The notes below the pieces were generated by a model. It did not search any database. It saw only the letters and a list, made by a program, of their open reading frames with translations, and was not told where the DNA came from. The position numbers and the translations under genes are program-made. Source: Monocercomonoides exilis PA203 (lineage: Eukaryota > Protista > Preaxostyla). From it: a stretch of DNA of 64,000 nucleotides. The stretch spans positions 372,001-436,000 of the forward strand of contig LSRY02000023.1 in NCBI GenBank assembly GCA_001643675.2, given 5' to 3'. Positions 9,934 to 20,155 of the stretch are shown here, in pieces; the stretch's first letter is position 1, and each line of letters begins with the position of its first letter.

Positions 9934-12900
9934 TTGGATAAATATGATATCAAATCGAATCAGTCTTCGAAAAATGTCTTTTTTGCAATTGGCCAGAAAT
10001 GTGAAAACAAAAAAAAGAAATGAAAGTCTAAATGTCACATGTTGCAAAAAGATTGCATGTTCTCTTTTGTCATTTGCAGACATTCCTCACATTGTGTTGC
10101 TTTGTCTTCAGCCTTTCAAAAGCAGCACACTCAACGGAAAACAGAAGAATGCATGCCAAGGAGCGAGAAGAAAATCTCTCCTCAGCAACCACTGTTGAGC
10201 AACAGCTTTTTTTTCTCCCATCCCACAAACATCAAAAGCGTTATCTCATCATCATCCTCACCCGTTTGCACTCCTTTCTTCTTCTTCAAACTTCATCATT
10301 CTTTTCATTGCAATCGATCAGTGAAGAAATTGTTTGGAAGAATATCTTCTCAAAGAAGAAAAGAAGAAAAGAAGAAGAAGAAGGAGAAGAAGAAGAAGCT
10401 TGCACACTTATTTTGCAGCATCTTTCGGCTTTGCTCACCATGTGAGTGCTCACAAAATCACATCTGTTCTGAGCCACATCAGCAAACATTCATCTGAAAC
10501 TCATCGGCTCAGCAGCTCATGTCCGGCATCCGTCCTTTCCTTTCTCTTGTTCCATCTTCACCTTCAACTTTTAGCTTCTGTATCCATCATCGCTTCTTCC
10601 GCTTCCACTTCCACTTCCGCTTCCGCTTCCGCTTCCGCTTCCGGTTTCGCTTCCGCTTTCATTTTCCTTCCTCAGATCAATCGCATCTGACATCGTAACC
10701 ATCACAGCCCCAGCCGGAAAATGCCCAATCAACTCTCGCTTCACTTCTCCAAGCGTCTTCCGCTCTGATGGCTGCCCTCCCCAACAGCTCTTCACAAGCT
10801 CGCTCCAGCTCACACATTCAACAGCTTCCATCCTCGGCCTCTCCCCATTCACAATCTTCTGCCCCGCCACCTCTGCCTCATACTCCCCAAACGGCACATC
10901 CAGCGTCAGGCACTCCCAAAGCATCATCCCAATTGAAAACACCACCGACTCCTTTGTTGCTCCCATCTTCTTGTTCATCTGCAACTCAGGCGCCTTCCAC
11001 CTCAGGCACTCTTTTTTGAATCTATCCTCATCATCCTCAAACGCTGATGAAGGTGGTGGCGAGTCTGTGTACCTCTCGCTCAGAACTGAAATATTCGAGG
11101 ATGAAGAAACAATGGTTATCGAGGAGGCCGAAGATGAATCAGAATCGTCAGACGAAAGGAAATCAGAATGCATCACAACGCAGATCACCATGTGCTCCGA
11201 GAACAGTACAATATGTGGACTCAGATTGGCAAGTGATTGAAGAGGATTGTCCATTTCATCAAATGAATGAAGTGCTCCATTCGCCACCCAGAACAGAATC
11301 TGTGCAGCTGTTTGCTCTCTTTCCTTCAACGAGCCAATTGGCATCTCCTTCTTCTCGTTCCTCCCATGCAGCAGCATGAACAATGAATCCCTCAGATCCA
11401 CAATCAACTTCTCGTATGGACATGAACAGGCCATTGCATCCACCAGATTCGACATCGACGAGGTGGTGGGGCACAGACTCTCCGATCGAACAAATGTTGT
11501 GTCTGTGTCCGAAGTGTCTGTCGTAGAAGTTGATGAGACAAATGGTGATGGTGATCTCTTTCTTGTCTCTTCTTCCTCAACCTTTTCCAGTGCCCATTCT
11601 GGGATCTTGTCTGAATCTTTCCCCAGAATGTATTCTGTTGATCCACTCTCACTCAACAAATACTCTTCAGACTCCGAATGTGCCATCTTCTTTCCACACA
11701 TCCTCCTCTTTGCATTCTCCTCGTTCTTCTTCTCTGCCTCTCTCTCTGCTCTCCTCCACTGCTCCTCTGGTGACATTTCCATCGTAGTCATCTCGATCAA
11801 TTTAGGATCTTTTCTGATGTTATCATTCACAATCTCTCTCAAATCTTTATTCTCATTTTTTGCCTTTCTCCATCGAACAATAAATGCAACTGCAACGATA
11901 AGAACTATCATCAGAATAACTGCCATGATAATCACAATTAGCAACCAATAGGATTTTCCTTCTTTTCCTCCTTCAACAATCTTTTCATCATTTTTTGTAT
12001 TTGCTTCGCTGGCATTTTTCAGGATGAATGGATTTGTTGATGAAGGAGATTCGGTATTCCCAAATAAAATAAAAACACAAACTTCTATTTCATCGCCGCA
12101 GCTGCTGATGAGATCTTTTCCCACACTCCCTTCTGCTTCTCTTTCTGATAAAAACCCATTTGTATCAAAATCATGCTTTTCAATCTCTTTCTCTTCATCC
12201 TTGCTCTTCACAACTGAGAATGACAGATTGCATGGAACAAGAAGCAATCCTTTAAATATCAGCTTCATTCTATCTGTCTCTTCTTTTGCTTCTGCACTCT
12301 CCAGAACAGGGATGAAGAATGATGAATCTCTCTCAGAAACAATCCCTTCAAAATTGCATCCTTCATTCAACATCCAAAGTGAAGAATTATCCTTCAATCC
12401 ATCTCCTCCTTTCAAACTCACCACATTCAATGTTCCTGAATCTGAACAGATGATGTTTCTTCGAGCTGATGGATATCCTTCAATCGACGGATTATTGTTT
12501 GAGAAATTCCCTGCTTCAATGTTCACATTTCCTCCTCTCATTGTTATTCCCCACTCTGGTGAATTCGAGATTGTTGTATCTTTCATCATCACTGAACTCT
12601 TCACAATATCGAAAAGAGATTCATCCCATCCGCACATCTCTTCTCCTTCATTGAATGACTGTTCATTTATTTCCTCTGAACTCCCATCAAAAACGCAGCT
12701 GTCCATGTTCACATCCAAACAATCCTCCACTTTCATCAATTTTCCTTTTGTCGTTTTTGAATTTGTGTTGTTCAATGTGCAATTTGTTAATTGCATCGTC
12801 TTTTTCATTGATAGGCACGATATCAATGATTCATCATTTCCTTCTGCATTCATATTTTCAACAAATAATCTATCCATATTCAACTGTCCACATTCAATAA

Positions 12901-15900
12901 TTTCAACAAGTGAATGAGAAACTGTTGAATTGCTGATCTCAAACAAATAAATCACTGATGGAAGAGAAGATGAAAGATATAATGCAGATTTTTGAAGCAC
13001 AAGATTTGATATTGTGCATCCAGCAAGTTGTAATTCTCCTTTTCTCAAATTTATCATGTGAAATGGAATGCATGCTAATTCTGCTTTTTTTCCTTCTGTT
13101 GTTTGTTTTGAATCAAATGAACAATTCATAATTTCTAGAATCCCTCCTTCTGGCGATATTAATGATTCATGTTGAGAAATGAAATTCGAATCAAACACAA
13201 AACTCACTCTCACCAATGAGACTGTTCCAGTTGTTATCACCAATACCTCTCTTGTGCTTTCAATTTCAGATTTCACTTCAACTTCGCACATCTCTCTGCT
13301 CTTCGAACTCATGCTCATCTCATTCAGATTTATCTCTCCACCAATCACACTCTCCTCAACAACAATCATTTGGCTCATGAAATCAGAAGTCAGATGCATC
13401 AGTCCATAATCAATTGAATAACATGGAAGTGTGTTGGTTCCACATTGCTTCTCATTTGACCCATTCACACTGCAAACAATGATCGTGTCGCTCTGATGGA
13501 TCATCACAAAATCAATCAGATCCGTATCGATTGGATAATCACATTCATCTTTTCCATATATTGCATTTATTCGTGAATAATGGCCTTCTCTGAGATCAAA
13601 TCGAAATTGGCTTTCATTGATCTGCAATGTGATGTTGAAGCATTCAATGAAAATATCATTTCCCACACTGGCCGTGTTGTTTCTGAACTTCATCCTCAAA
13701 AATGTGAAATCCAATTCTCCTCGTTCCTTTGTTGCCAAATACACTCCTCCTCCTTTCCCTGAACGAAGGCTGCAACTGCAATGGCTGATTGTTGAGTCAA
13801 TCATCTTCATTGATCCTGAAGCACCCAATGTGAAGAATATTGCCCCTCCTTTTTCACTTGTTTCTGCCTTGTCTTCTGTGATGTTGCTCTCATTCACAAT
13901 CAAACAAATCTTTTTCTCACTCTTTGACTCCAAAATGCTCGCTCCATTGCCACTTCTCTTCACACCAGAAAATGATGAATTATCAATATTGAGACTCATT
14001 TCCTCACCGTTTTCATTTATCTTCATTCCTGGTTCAGCTTTCTTGATTGATAAAATGCAACCACCACTTTCATTCAACGATTCCACTCGAACATTCACAA
14101 AATGACAAGTAATTCCAGCATTGTTAATTGCAAAAATGCTATTACCAACATTGCACGATTCAATCGACAAATCATTAACTTTAACGCTTCCTCCAATCGC
14201 ATCCACAAACATACAATCAAATCCATTGTTCATTCCTGCTTCTGAATGGAATGAACATCCAATTATCACCAAATCACCTTTTCTGTTCGAAATAATCGAT
14301 TTGGCTGAGTTGTCAAATCCCGATGTCAGTTGAAGTTTTATGTTCGTCAATTCGAGATGATCATCATTTTCCATGAAATATTCCAGTTGACTTCCAATTG
14401 CTTTTTCAAAATTTAATATTGCTTTCACATCTTCTTCTCCCATCTTCGAATCCTTTTTGATCTGATAATTGGAAACATTGAATGAATCTCGAATAATTGT
14501 CGATCCTTCAATCTGAATTGTTTTTCTTTCAATTTCCTTTTTCATGTTTTTCATCCCCTTCCACATTGTTAAACAAGGCTCTTCCTCACTTCCACAACGA
14601 GCCACATCAAATCCTTCAGATGAGATAAATATCTCAAACGAGCTGAATGGAATCAGAAATATGAACAAATCTTTGTTTGAATGAAAGTTATCGCTTCCAA
14701 CAAACAGAGTTTTATCATCCTTCATTGAAGAATAATTAAAGTTGAATGAAGCATTTGTCACACTCTTGTTCAGATCAGCTGATAATATGAACATATTCTT
14801 TGCAATGGCCGCATTGTTGTTTGCAAACGAGACGTTTTCAAAAAGAAATGGCTTCTCATTTGAACATTCTTGACAATCCAAATACAAAAACCCACCTTTT
14901 CCATTTGTTGTTAACAGTGAACAAGATGATGCATTTGTTGATTTGATCATCAAATATTCGTCATTTTTTAATGTAACTTTTGCAACGCCTCCTTCTTCAC
15001 CACTTCCAGTGTTCCTAATGTTTGAAAAGTTGTTTCTTTCAAATAAAACAGAAGAAGCCATCACCAATGGTGATTCGACAAACGAACAATCTGACAAACC
15101 GCATCCCTTCAATGTGCAACTTCCAGTGGTTGTTGTTATCAACGAATATTGAACAGTGTGTGTTGATGATTGAATCTCAAATAAACAGTTTTCGAGTTGA
15201 AGAACCCCACTCGATGAGATCAGTGTATTCGTATTTGGATCAAATTGACTTAGAATCTTCAGCTTCAAAGATAACAAGATGAGCGAGGAAGTCGATGAAA
15301 TAACAGAAGACGATCCAGAATTCCCTTTGATAACCTCTTCAAAATGAACAGGCCTGTGTTTAATTTCATCTCCTTCATTCACACACCCATCAATCACAAG
15401 TGCATCTATAAATGAATAAATATCTTCAATTGTCCCTTCATCCCTCACTTTCACTTTCCTTTCTCCTTCTGTCCCACTTCTGTCAATGTGGTCAATTCCA
15501 CTTTTCATTGATTGGCATGGGAATACTTCACTTCCACATCCCAATGTGTCATGCCCATCTGTCGATACAGACACTTCCACCCACTTCATAGAAACAAGAA
15601 ACACTCGAAGATCCATTTCCCCATAAATCCCATCTTCCCCAACAAATGCATTCCCATCATCCTTGTATCCTGAGCAATCAAATGCAAAACGCTCTGTGTT
15701 CACACTGTTCACCAGATTGCTGCTCTTCACAAACATGTTCTTCCCAACAGTTGCTGAGCATCCAGAAAATGAAATTGATGAAAGCTGAAATTCTCCTTCA
15801 TGTGAACTGCAATCCAAATATATTCCTCCTCCTTTTCCTCCCTCACTCATATTCTCGCAAATACATCCAGTAAATGAACTGTTTTCAAGCGCAACATATC

Positions 15901-18900
15901 CTCCTTCACTCAACACAATCTTCAGTGCTCCTCCTTCTTTGCTCTTCTCCGACACTGCTCCTTCAATCTTGCTATCATTTAATACCATCCCAACTCCCAC
16001 ACTCCCTCCAAACACGGCTGCCTTTCCCTCAGCTGCCTCTCCACTATCAATCTCCAGCCTTTCCAGTGTGCAGTTCAACAACTTCACTTTGTATTTTTCT
16101 TCACTTTCTCCATTCACACTTCCAGAAAAAAGCGAAAATGAAAATAACGAAACTGTTGATTTCACATCTGAAATAGTGACAGAGTCCAACTCAACCATCT
16201 TCCCTGTCGATTTAATCAAGGAAAATCCAATTGTGCTTCTCATCCCCCCAATCACACTCATCGCACAATTCTTCATGAGCAACTCCCCAGTTTGAGTGCT
16301 CGTTTCAATCACTGATGCGATTGTTCTGTTAAAACTCGATGGAACAACAATCCCAATGAACTTTATTTCTGTCAGCGATGATGATTTCAGAACACATCCT
16401 TCAGATCCACTCACTTCTGCTTGACATTCTATCTCAACAACAGCCTCAGTTTTTGCCTTCACGCTCATTCCTCCAACATCCAAACACCCCATCATCAACG
16501 AATTTGAACTCAAAATAATTTCCTGTTTAACATTCTGTGTTCGCTTCAAACGTTCAATCCCATAATTCACACTCTTGCATGGTACCTTTTCCAGCCCACA
16601 AAACATCTCTTCGACTCCAGACGCTCCATCCACATACACTTTGTCTCCAATGAATCCATCAAGAAATAAAAACAAATCGACATCCCAATCGCTAAACATT
16701 TGCGTTCTATCGCTCCCAAATACGGAGTTGTCTTTCTGAGTGATGCTTCTCATGAAGGCGAACAAGGGCTCTTTCACAGAGGCTACAAGGGATTCGCACA
16801 CGAAATACATATCTCTTCCGACACTGGCCTTGTTGGATGAAAACACAATATTGGCAATGGAAAAGGAGGATTCTGACACTTCTGAATCATCCTTGTACTC
16901 GATCATGAGAGCACCGCCTCTTCCTCCAGAACTTGTATCCTCGCTCACAGAGCAGCTGGAGAATGTGGTGTCACTCACTGAAAATGTGTTGGTAGAGGCA
17001 GATGAGGCGAATGAGATGCATCCGCCATTCGTGGCAGTCTGTTGGCTCAACTGTTCTGAGTTGATGTTGGTGATGGTGCAGTTGGTGAGTGAGAGGGAGA
17101 GGGCGGGGGAGGTGGCAGAGGAGAGGACACAGCTGGTGGGGGTGGTAGTGGAGGTGATATCGGTGATGTTGGAGGAGTTGAGGGTGAGGGGAGCGGTGAG
17201 GGAGGTGAGGTGGAAGATGCTTTGGCTGTTGAGGGTGAGACTGGTGATTGCTGTGTGGTTGAGGGCGAGGGAGCCAGCAGTGAGGAAGAAGAGGGGAGTT
17301 GTGATTGTTATGGAGGTTGTTCCGGTGATGGTGGTTGTGTTGAGGTTGAGGGACGGGGAGTTTTGGGAGAGGTGGAAGAGGATGGGGGTGATAGAATTTG
17401 AGGAGTTGTGGGAGATGGCGAGGGCAGAGACTGTGAGGGAGCCCTGTGTTTGTTGGAAGAGGGCAGAAGAGGCAGATGGATCGGGGGATGATGATGAAGA
17501 GGAAAATGATGACAGAGGTTGAGGAATGCCACTGGATGCGATGGTGGTGGCAGTTGTTCCATTTCCAGTGACTTTTGTGTCAGCAGCATTGAAGGTGAGA
17601 GTCTGAGTGGGAACAAATGTCGAGTTGAGGAGGGTGAGATAGGCGATTTGGAGGGGGATGAATCCGCTGAGGGCATACTCAATTGTGGCGCATGGCATTT
17701 GCTGTGTTCTGCCACAGCCGCCAGCATCTGTTCCACTGTTCGCAACTATTTTGCTCGAAGGGATAAGAGGAAGCCAGTTGTTGAACACATCGTTTGTTGC
17801 TGTTCCAGCATTCCACACTCTGTTTGTTGGGGTCGTTGAAATACATTCTGTGAATGGAGATTGAGTGATGTAACTTTCATTGAAGAACACATCATTTCCT
17901 CTGCCATTTTCAGCTGTATTGGCATCGAAGAAGCAGAATGATATGAATTTTAATCCGTTCATCCAAGTAAATGTTCTGGTGCAGCACAATCCAGCACCTC
18001 CGAAAGTCGAAGAAGCAGTTAATTTATTATTTATAAACTGGCACTCATTTACCAAAAACTGATTTGGTTTAACAAATGGAGGCCAATTAATAGTCAAAGA
18101 ACCTGTTGAATCGCCACCAGAATTTGCAAAACAATCACATTTGGAAAATTGGAATTGACCGTTTGAAGTCATGTTTTCAAGCCAGAAATACCAACAAATT
18201 CCACACCAATTTGTGATTGAACATTTCTCAGCCTTGTTTTCTGAGAAAAACCAATTAGATCTCGATTCTGGCCAGGCGATAGATACAGCTCCTCCTTGAT
18301 ATGAAGAACAATTTGAGAAATTGGATTTTGCGATGTTTATTTTCAATAAATTGTGGCAGAATAAACCTCCCCCTTCGCCTTTGCCGGTGCAAGAACATTT
18401 ATCAAAAGAACATGAAGTGATTGCGAGATTTGCGTTCGTGCATGAAACGCAAAGTGCACCTCCTGGAGATGATCCACCATTTGAATCATTCCATTCGCAC
18501 CACTCAAAGCGATGGCTGTTTGCATCAAAAGAATCCAGTCTTCCTGGTTTCATTCTCTCGGTTTCGTTTCCGATATACACCTTTGCGGCATTTGGCGAAG
18601 AGCGTGTTTGGCGGAGGAAAGAGGTGTTAAAGGCAGAAAGAGAAGTGGATGGACTGTTGAGGTTGGGGATGATGGCACCATCAATGGGGTTGTGGGTGTG
18701 GATGAAAATGGTTGAGTGGATGGAGAGAGAGGAGCGAAGAGAGAATGAGGGGATTGCATTGGTGCTGGAGTTTGTGGTGGTGGTTGTGGTTGTGGTTGTG
18801 GTTGTGATGGTTGTGGTTGTGGTGAATGGGTTGTGTGGGTGTGTGGATTCGGCAGGAATGGTGTGTGTGGATAGTGGTGCAGTGGTGATGTTTGTGAAGA

Positions 18901-19878
18901 GCGTGTTCGAGAGACGGAGATCGAGGTGAATTTTGTGATGGAGAAGTGAAGAAGAAGAAGAAGAAGAAGAAGAAATTGAAGAAGGGGAAAAAAGGAAGGG
19001 CTGGATGAGAGAGATGAAAGAAGAGAAAGAGGAGTGGGAGATGGAGAAGGAGGCGGGGATTGGGAAGTGGGCATCTGGGAGGAGATTGTTTGGGGTGGAG
19101 AAGAAGGGGAAGGAGAGGATGGCCGGCTGAGGGGTGGTGAGGGAGAAGTTGGCGAGGGCGAGGGAGGCATGGGCAGAGAGGAAAAGTGGAGATTTTGTTG
19201 TTGGGTGGATGGTGCAAGTGGAGGAGCAGATGGTGGCAGCTGAGAAGTGTTGGACAGTGAGGAGTGGACAACAAGTGAGGGGGATGATGTTAAGATGGTT
19301 CACACACAAGGAGGAGTTGATGATATTGAGACTTGTTTGAATATTGCAAATGCAATTGCCAACTGTATTTTCATATTTATCTGCATAAATGTCATTTTTG
19401 TTATGGTATTTGTTGCTGCATGCTTCAACACTAAGCGTGCTTTCTGGCATCTCCTCGTTCCATTTTTGTTGGATTTGACTTAGAGAAATGTCTCCGCAAT
19501 TACAGCAGTTAACAACAAGCAACACCAATGCAACAATATTTATAGAAGCTCCCATGTCGGATGTGCACCTCGCCAATGAAGTGGATGGCAGATAAAAACG
19601 AAAATGAAAAATTCCTGCGCCCATATTATTTTAATGATTGAGAAGAATAATTAGAATTAATTGAAATTCATTCTCAGAACACATGTGAGAATTTTATTTC
19701 TCGAATTTTTGTTGAATGCAATCTCAAATTTCCGATATCATATTCGATATGAGAACTTTTCTGTTATTTCGAAATTATATTCAAAAAAAATCTTATGCTT
19801 GTTTCACTGACTGTTTCAAAAAGAATGTGTACAACACGCAAGAAAATCATTTGCACAAACTAAACGAAGAAATGCATC
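9934..19878 (-). repeat. Left arm of a ~10-kb inverted segmental duplication
   Basis: Homologous to 33865-43907, including ~250 bp upstream and ~630 bp downstream of the giant ORF. Confidence 0.92.
10571..19624 (-). CDS. 3017-aa intronless single-pass receptor-like protein: beta-helix/Pmp-like ectodomain, TM helix, degenerate TKL/TK-like pseudokinase
   Basis: Signal peptide from the 2nd Met (MGASINIVALVLLVVNCCNCG). GGA(I/L) and FxxN repeats; five 'G.D/E...CG....PC' modules; TM WLLIVIIMAVILMIVLIVAVAFIV-RWRK. C-terminal LRWKAPE, SVVFSIGMMLWE, GERP, CW...PSER, with no recognisable GxGxxG, HRD or DFG. Confidence 0.92.
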   Translation of the reverse strand: MGAGIFHFRFYLPSTSLARCTSDMGASINIVALVLLVVNCCNCGDISLSQIQQKWNEEMPESTLSVEACSNKYHNKNDIYADKYENTVGNCICNIQTSLNIINSSLCVNHLNIIPLTCCPLLTVQHFSAATICSSTCTIHPTTKSPLFLSAHASLALANFSLTTPQPAILSFPFFSTPNNLLPDAHFPIPASFSISHSSFSSFISLIQPFLFSPSSISSSSSSSSSLLHHKIHLDLRLSNTLFTNITTAPLSTHTIPAESTHPHNPFTTTTTITTTTTTTTTTTNSSTNAIPSFSLRSSLSIHSTIFIHTHNPIDGAIIPNLNSPSTSLSAFNTSFLRQTRSSPNAAKVYIGNETERMKPGRLDSFDANSHRFEWCEWNDSNGGSSPGGALCVSCTNANLAITSCSFDKCSCTGKGEGGGLFCHNLLKINIAKSNFSNCSSYQGGAVSIAWPESRSNWFFSENKAEKCSITNWCGICWYFWLENMTSNGQFQFSKCDCFANSGGDSTGSLTINWPPFVKPNQFLVNECQFINNKLTASSTFGGAGLCCTRTFTWMNGLKFISFCFFDANTAENGRGNDVFFNESYITQSPFTECISTTPTNRVWNAGTATNDVFNNWLPLIPSSKIVANSGTDAGGCGRTQQMPCATIEYALSGFIPLQIAYLTLLNSTFVPTQTLTFNAADTKVTGNGTTATTIASSGIPQPLSSFSSSSSSPDPSASSALFQQTQGSLTVSALAISHNSSNSITPILFHLSQNSPSLNLNTTTITGTTSITITTPLFFLTAGSLALNHTAITSLTLNSQSIFHLTSLTAPLTLNSSNITDITSTTTPTSCVLSSATSPALSLSLTNCTITNINSEQLSQQTATNGGCISFASSASTNTFSVSDTTFSSCSVSEDTSSGGRGGALMIEYKDDSEVSESSFSIANIVFSSNKASVGRDMYFVCESLVASVKEPLFAFMRSITQKDNSVFGSDRTQMFSDWDVDLFLFLDGFIGDKVYVDGASGVEEMFCGLEKVPCKSVNYGIERLKRTQNVKQEIILSSNSLMMGCLDVGGMSVKAKTEAVVEIECQAEVSGSEGCVLKSSSLTEIKFIGIVVPSSFNRTIASVIETSTQTGELLMKNCAMSVIGGMRSTIGFSLIKSTGKMVELDSVTISDVKSTVSLFSFSLFSGSVNGESEEKYKVKLLNCTLERLEIDSGEAAEGKAAVFGGSVGVGMVLNDSKIEGAVSEKSKEGGALKIVLSEGGYVALENSSFTGCICENMSEGGKGGGIYLDCSSHEGEFQLSSISFSGCSATVGKNMFVKSSNLVNSVNTERFAFDCSGYKDDGNAFVGEDGIYGEMDLRVFLVSMKWVEVSVSTDGHDTLGCGSEVFPCQSMKSGIDHIDRSGTEGERKVKVRDEGTIEDIYSFIDALVIDGCVNEGDEIKHRPVHFEEVIKGNSGSSSVISSTSSLILLSLKLKILSQFDPNTNTLISSSGVLQLENCLFEIQSSTHTVQYSLITTTTGSCTLKGCGLSDCSFVESPLVMASSVLFERNNFSNIRNTGSGEEGGVAKVTLKNDEYLMIKSTNASSCSLLTTNGKGGFLYLDCQECSNEKPFLFENVSFANNNAAIAKNMFILSADLNKSVTNASFNFNYSSMKDDKTLFVGSDNFHSNKDLFIFLIPFSSFEIFISSEGFDVARCGSEEEPCLTMWKGMKNMKKEIERKTIQIEGSTIIRDSFNVSNYQIKKDSKMGEEDVKAILNFEKAIGSQLEYFMENDDHLELTNIKLQLTSGFDNSAKSIISNRKGDLVIIGCSFHSEAGMNNGFDCMFVDAIGGSVKVNDLSIESCNVGNSIFAINNAGITCHFVNVRVESLNESGGCILSIKKAEPGMKINENGEEMSLNIDNSSFSGVKRSGNGASILESKSEKKICLIVNESNITEDKAETSEKGGAIFFTLGASGSMKMIDSTISHCSCSLRSGKGGGVYLATKERGELDFTFLRMKFRNNTASVGNDIFIECFNITLQINESQFRFDLREGHYSRINAIYGKDECDYPIDTDLIDFVMIHQSDTIIVCSVNGSNEKQCGTNTLPCYSIDYGLMHLTSDFMSQMIVVEESVIGGEINLNEMSMSSKSREMCEVEVKSEIESTREVLVITTGTVSLVRVSFVFDSNFISQHESLISPEGGILEIMNCSFDSKQTTEGKKAELACIPFHMINLRKGELQLAGCTISNLVLQKSALYLSSSLPSVIYLFEISNSTVSHSLVEIIECGQLNMDRLFVENMNAEGNDESLISCLSMKKTMQLTNCTLNNTNSKTTKGKLMKVEDCLDVNMDSCVFDGSSEEINEQSFNEGEEMCGWDESLFDIVKSSVMMKDTTISNSPEWGITMRGGNVNIEAGNFSNNNPSIEGYPSARRNIICSDSGTLNVVSLKGGDGLKDNSSLWMLNEGCNFEGIVSERDSSFFIPVLESAEAKEETDRMKLIFKGLLLVPCNLSFSVVKSKDEEKEIEKHDFDTNGFLSEREAEGSVGKDLISSCGDEIEVCVFILFGNTESPSSTNPFILKNASEANTKNDEKIVEGGKEGKSYWLLIVIIMAVILMIVLIVAVAFIVRWRKAKNENKDLREIVNDNIRKDPKLIEMTTMEMSPEEQWRRAEREAEKKNEENAKRRMCGKKMAHSESEEYLLSESGSTEYILGKDSDKIPEWALEKVEEEETRKRSPSPFVSSTSTTDTSDTDTTFVRSESLCPTTSSMSNLVDAMACSCPYEKLIVDLRDSLFMLLHGRNEKKEMPIGSLKEREQTAAQILFWVANGALHSFDEMDNPLQSLANLSPHIVLFSEHMVICVVMHSDFLSSDDSDSSSASSITIVSSSSNISVLSERYTDSPPPSSAFEDDEDRFKKECLRWKAPELQMNKKMGATKESVVFSIGMMLWECLTLDVPFGEYEAEVAGQKIVNGERPRMEAVECVSWSELVKSCWGGQPSERKTLGEVKRELIGHFPAGAVMVTMSDAIDLRKENESGSETGSGSGSGSGSGSGSGRSDDGYRS

Positions 19879-19901
19879 TTTAAAAGTTTTATGAAAGCCT
19901 G

Positions 19902-19932
<31 letters not shown>

Positions 19933-20155
19933 TTTTTTGTGAATACTTCGAAGAAAAAAATTATTTCCAACAATCAGATGCTTTTTCGTCCGACAGAAGG
20001 GGAAAAAAAAATAGTTTATCTCAAAGACCTTAAACTTTCTATTCAAAATGATTGTGAAATTGAGAAAGAAGAATCTTATTTTCTTTTCATTCGTTAAAGA
20101 ATATATTGTACTTTCTGATCGTAATTTGAGTGAAATTTTTTATTTTCATTGAGAT

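Noticed and set aside
10768-19483. Overlapping alternative-frame and antisense ORFs within the giant genes (also 34401-43135)
   Set aside because: Explained by extreme strand skew suppressing stop codons; no recognisable motifs.
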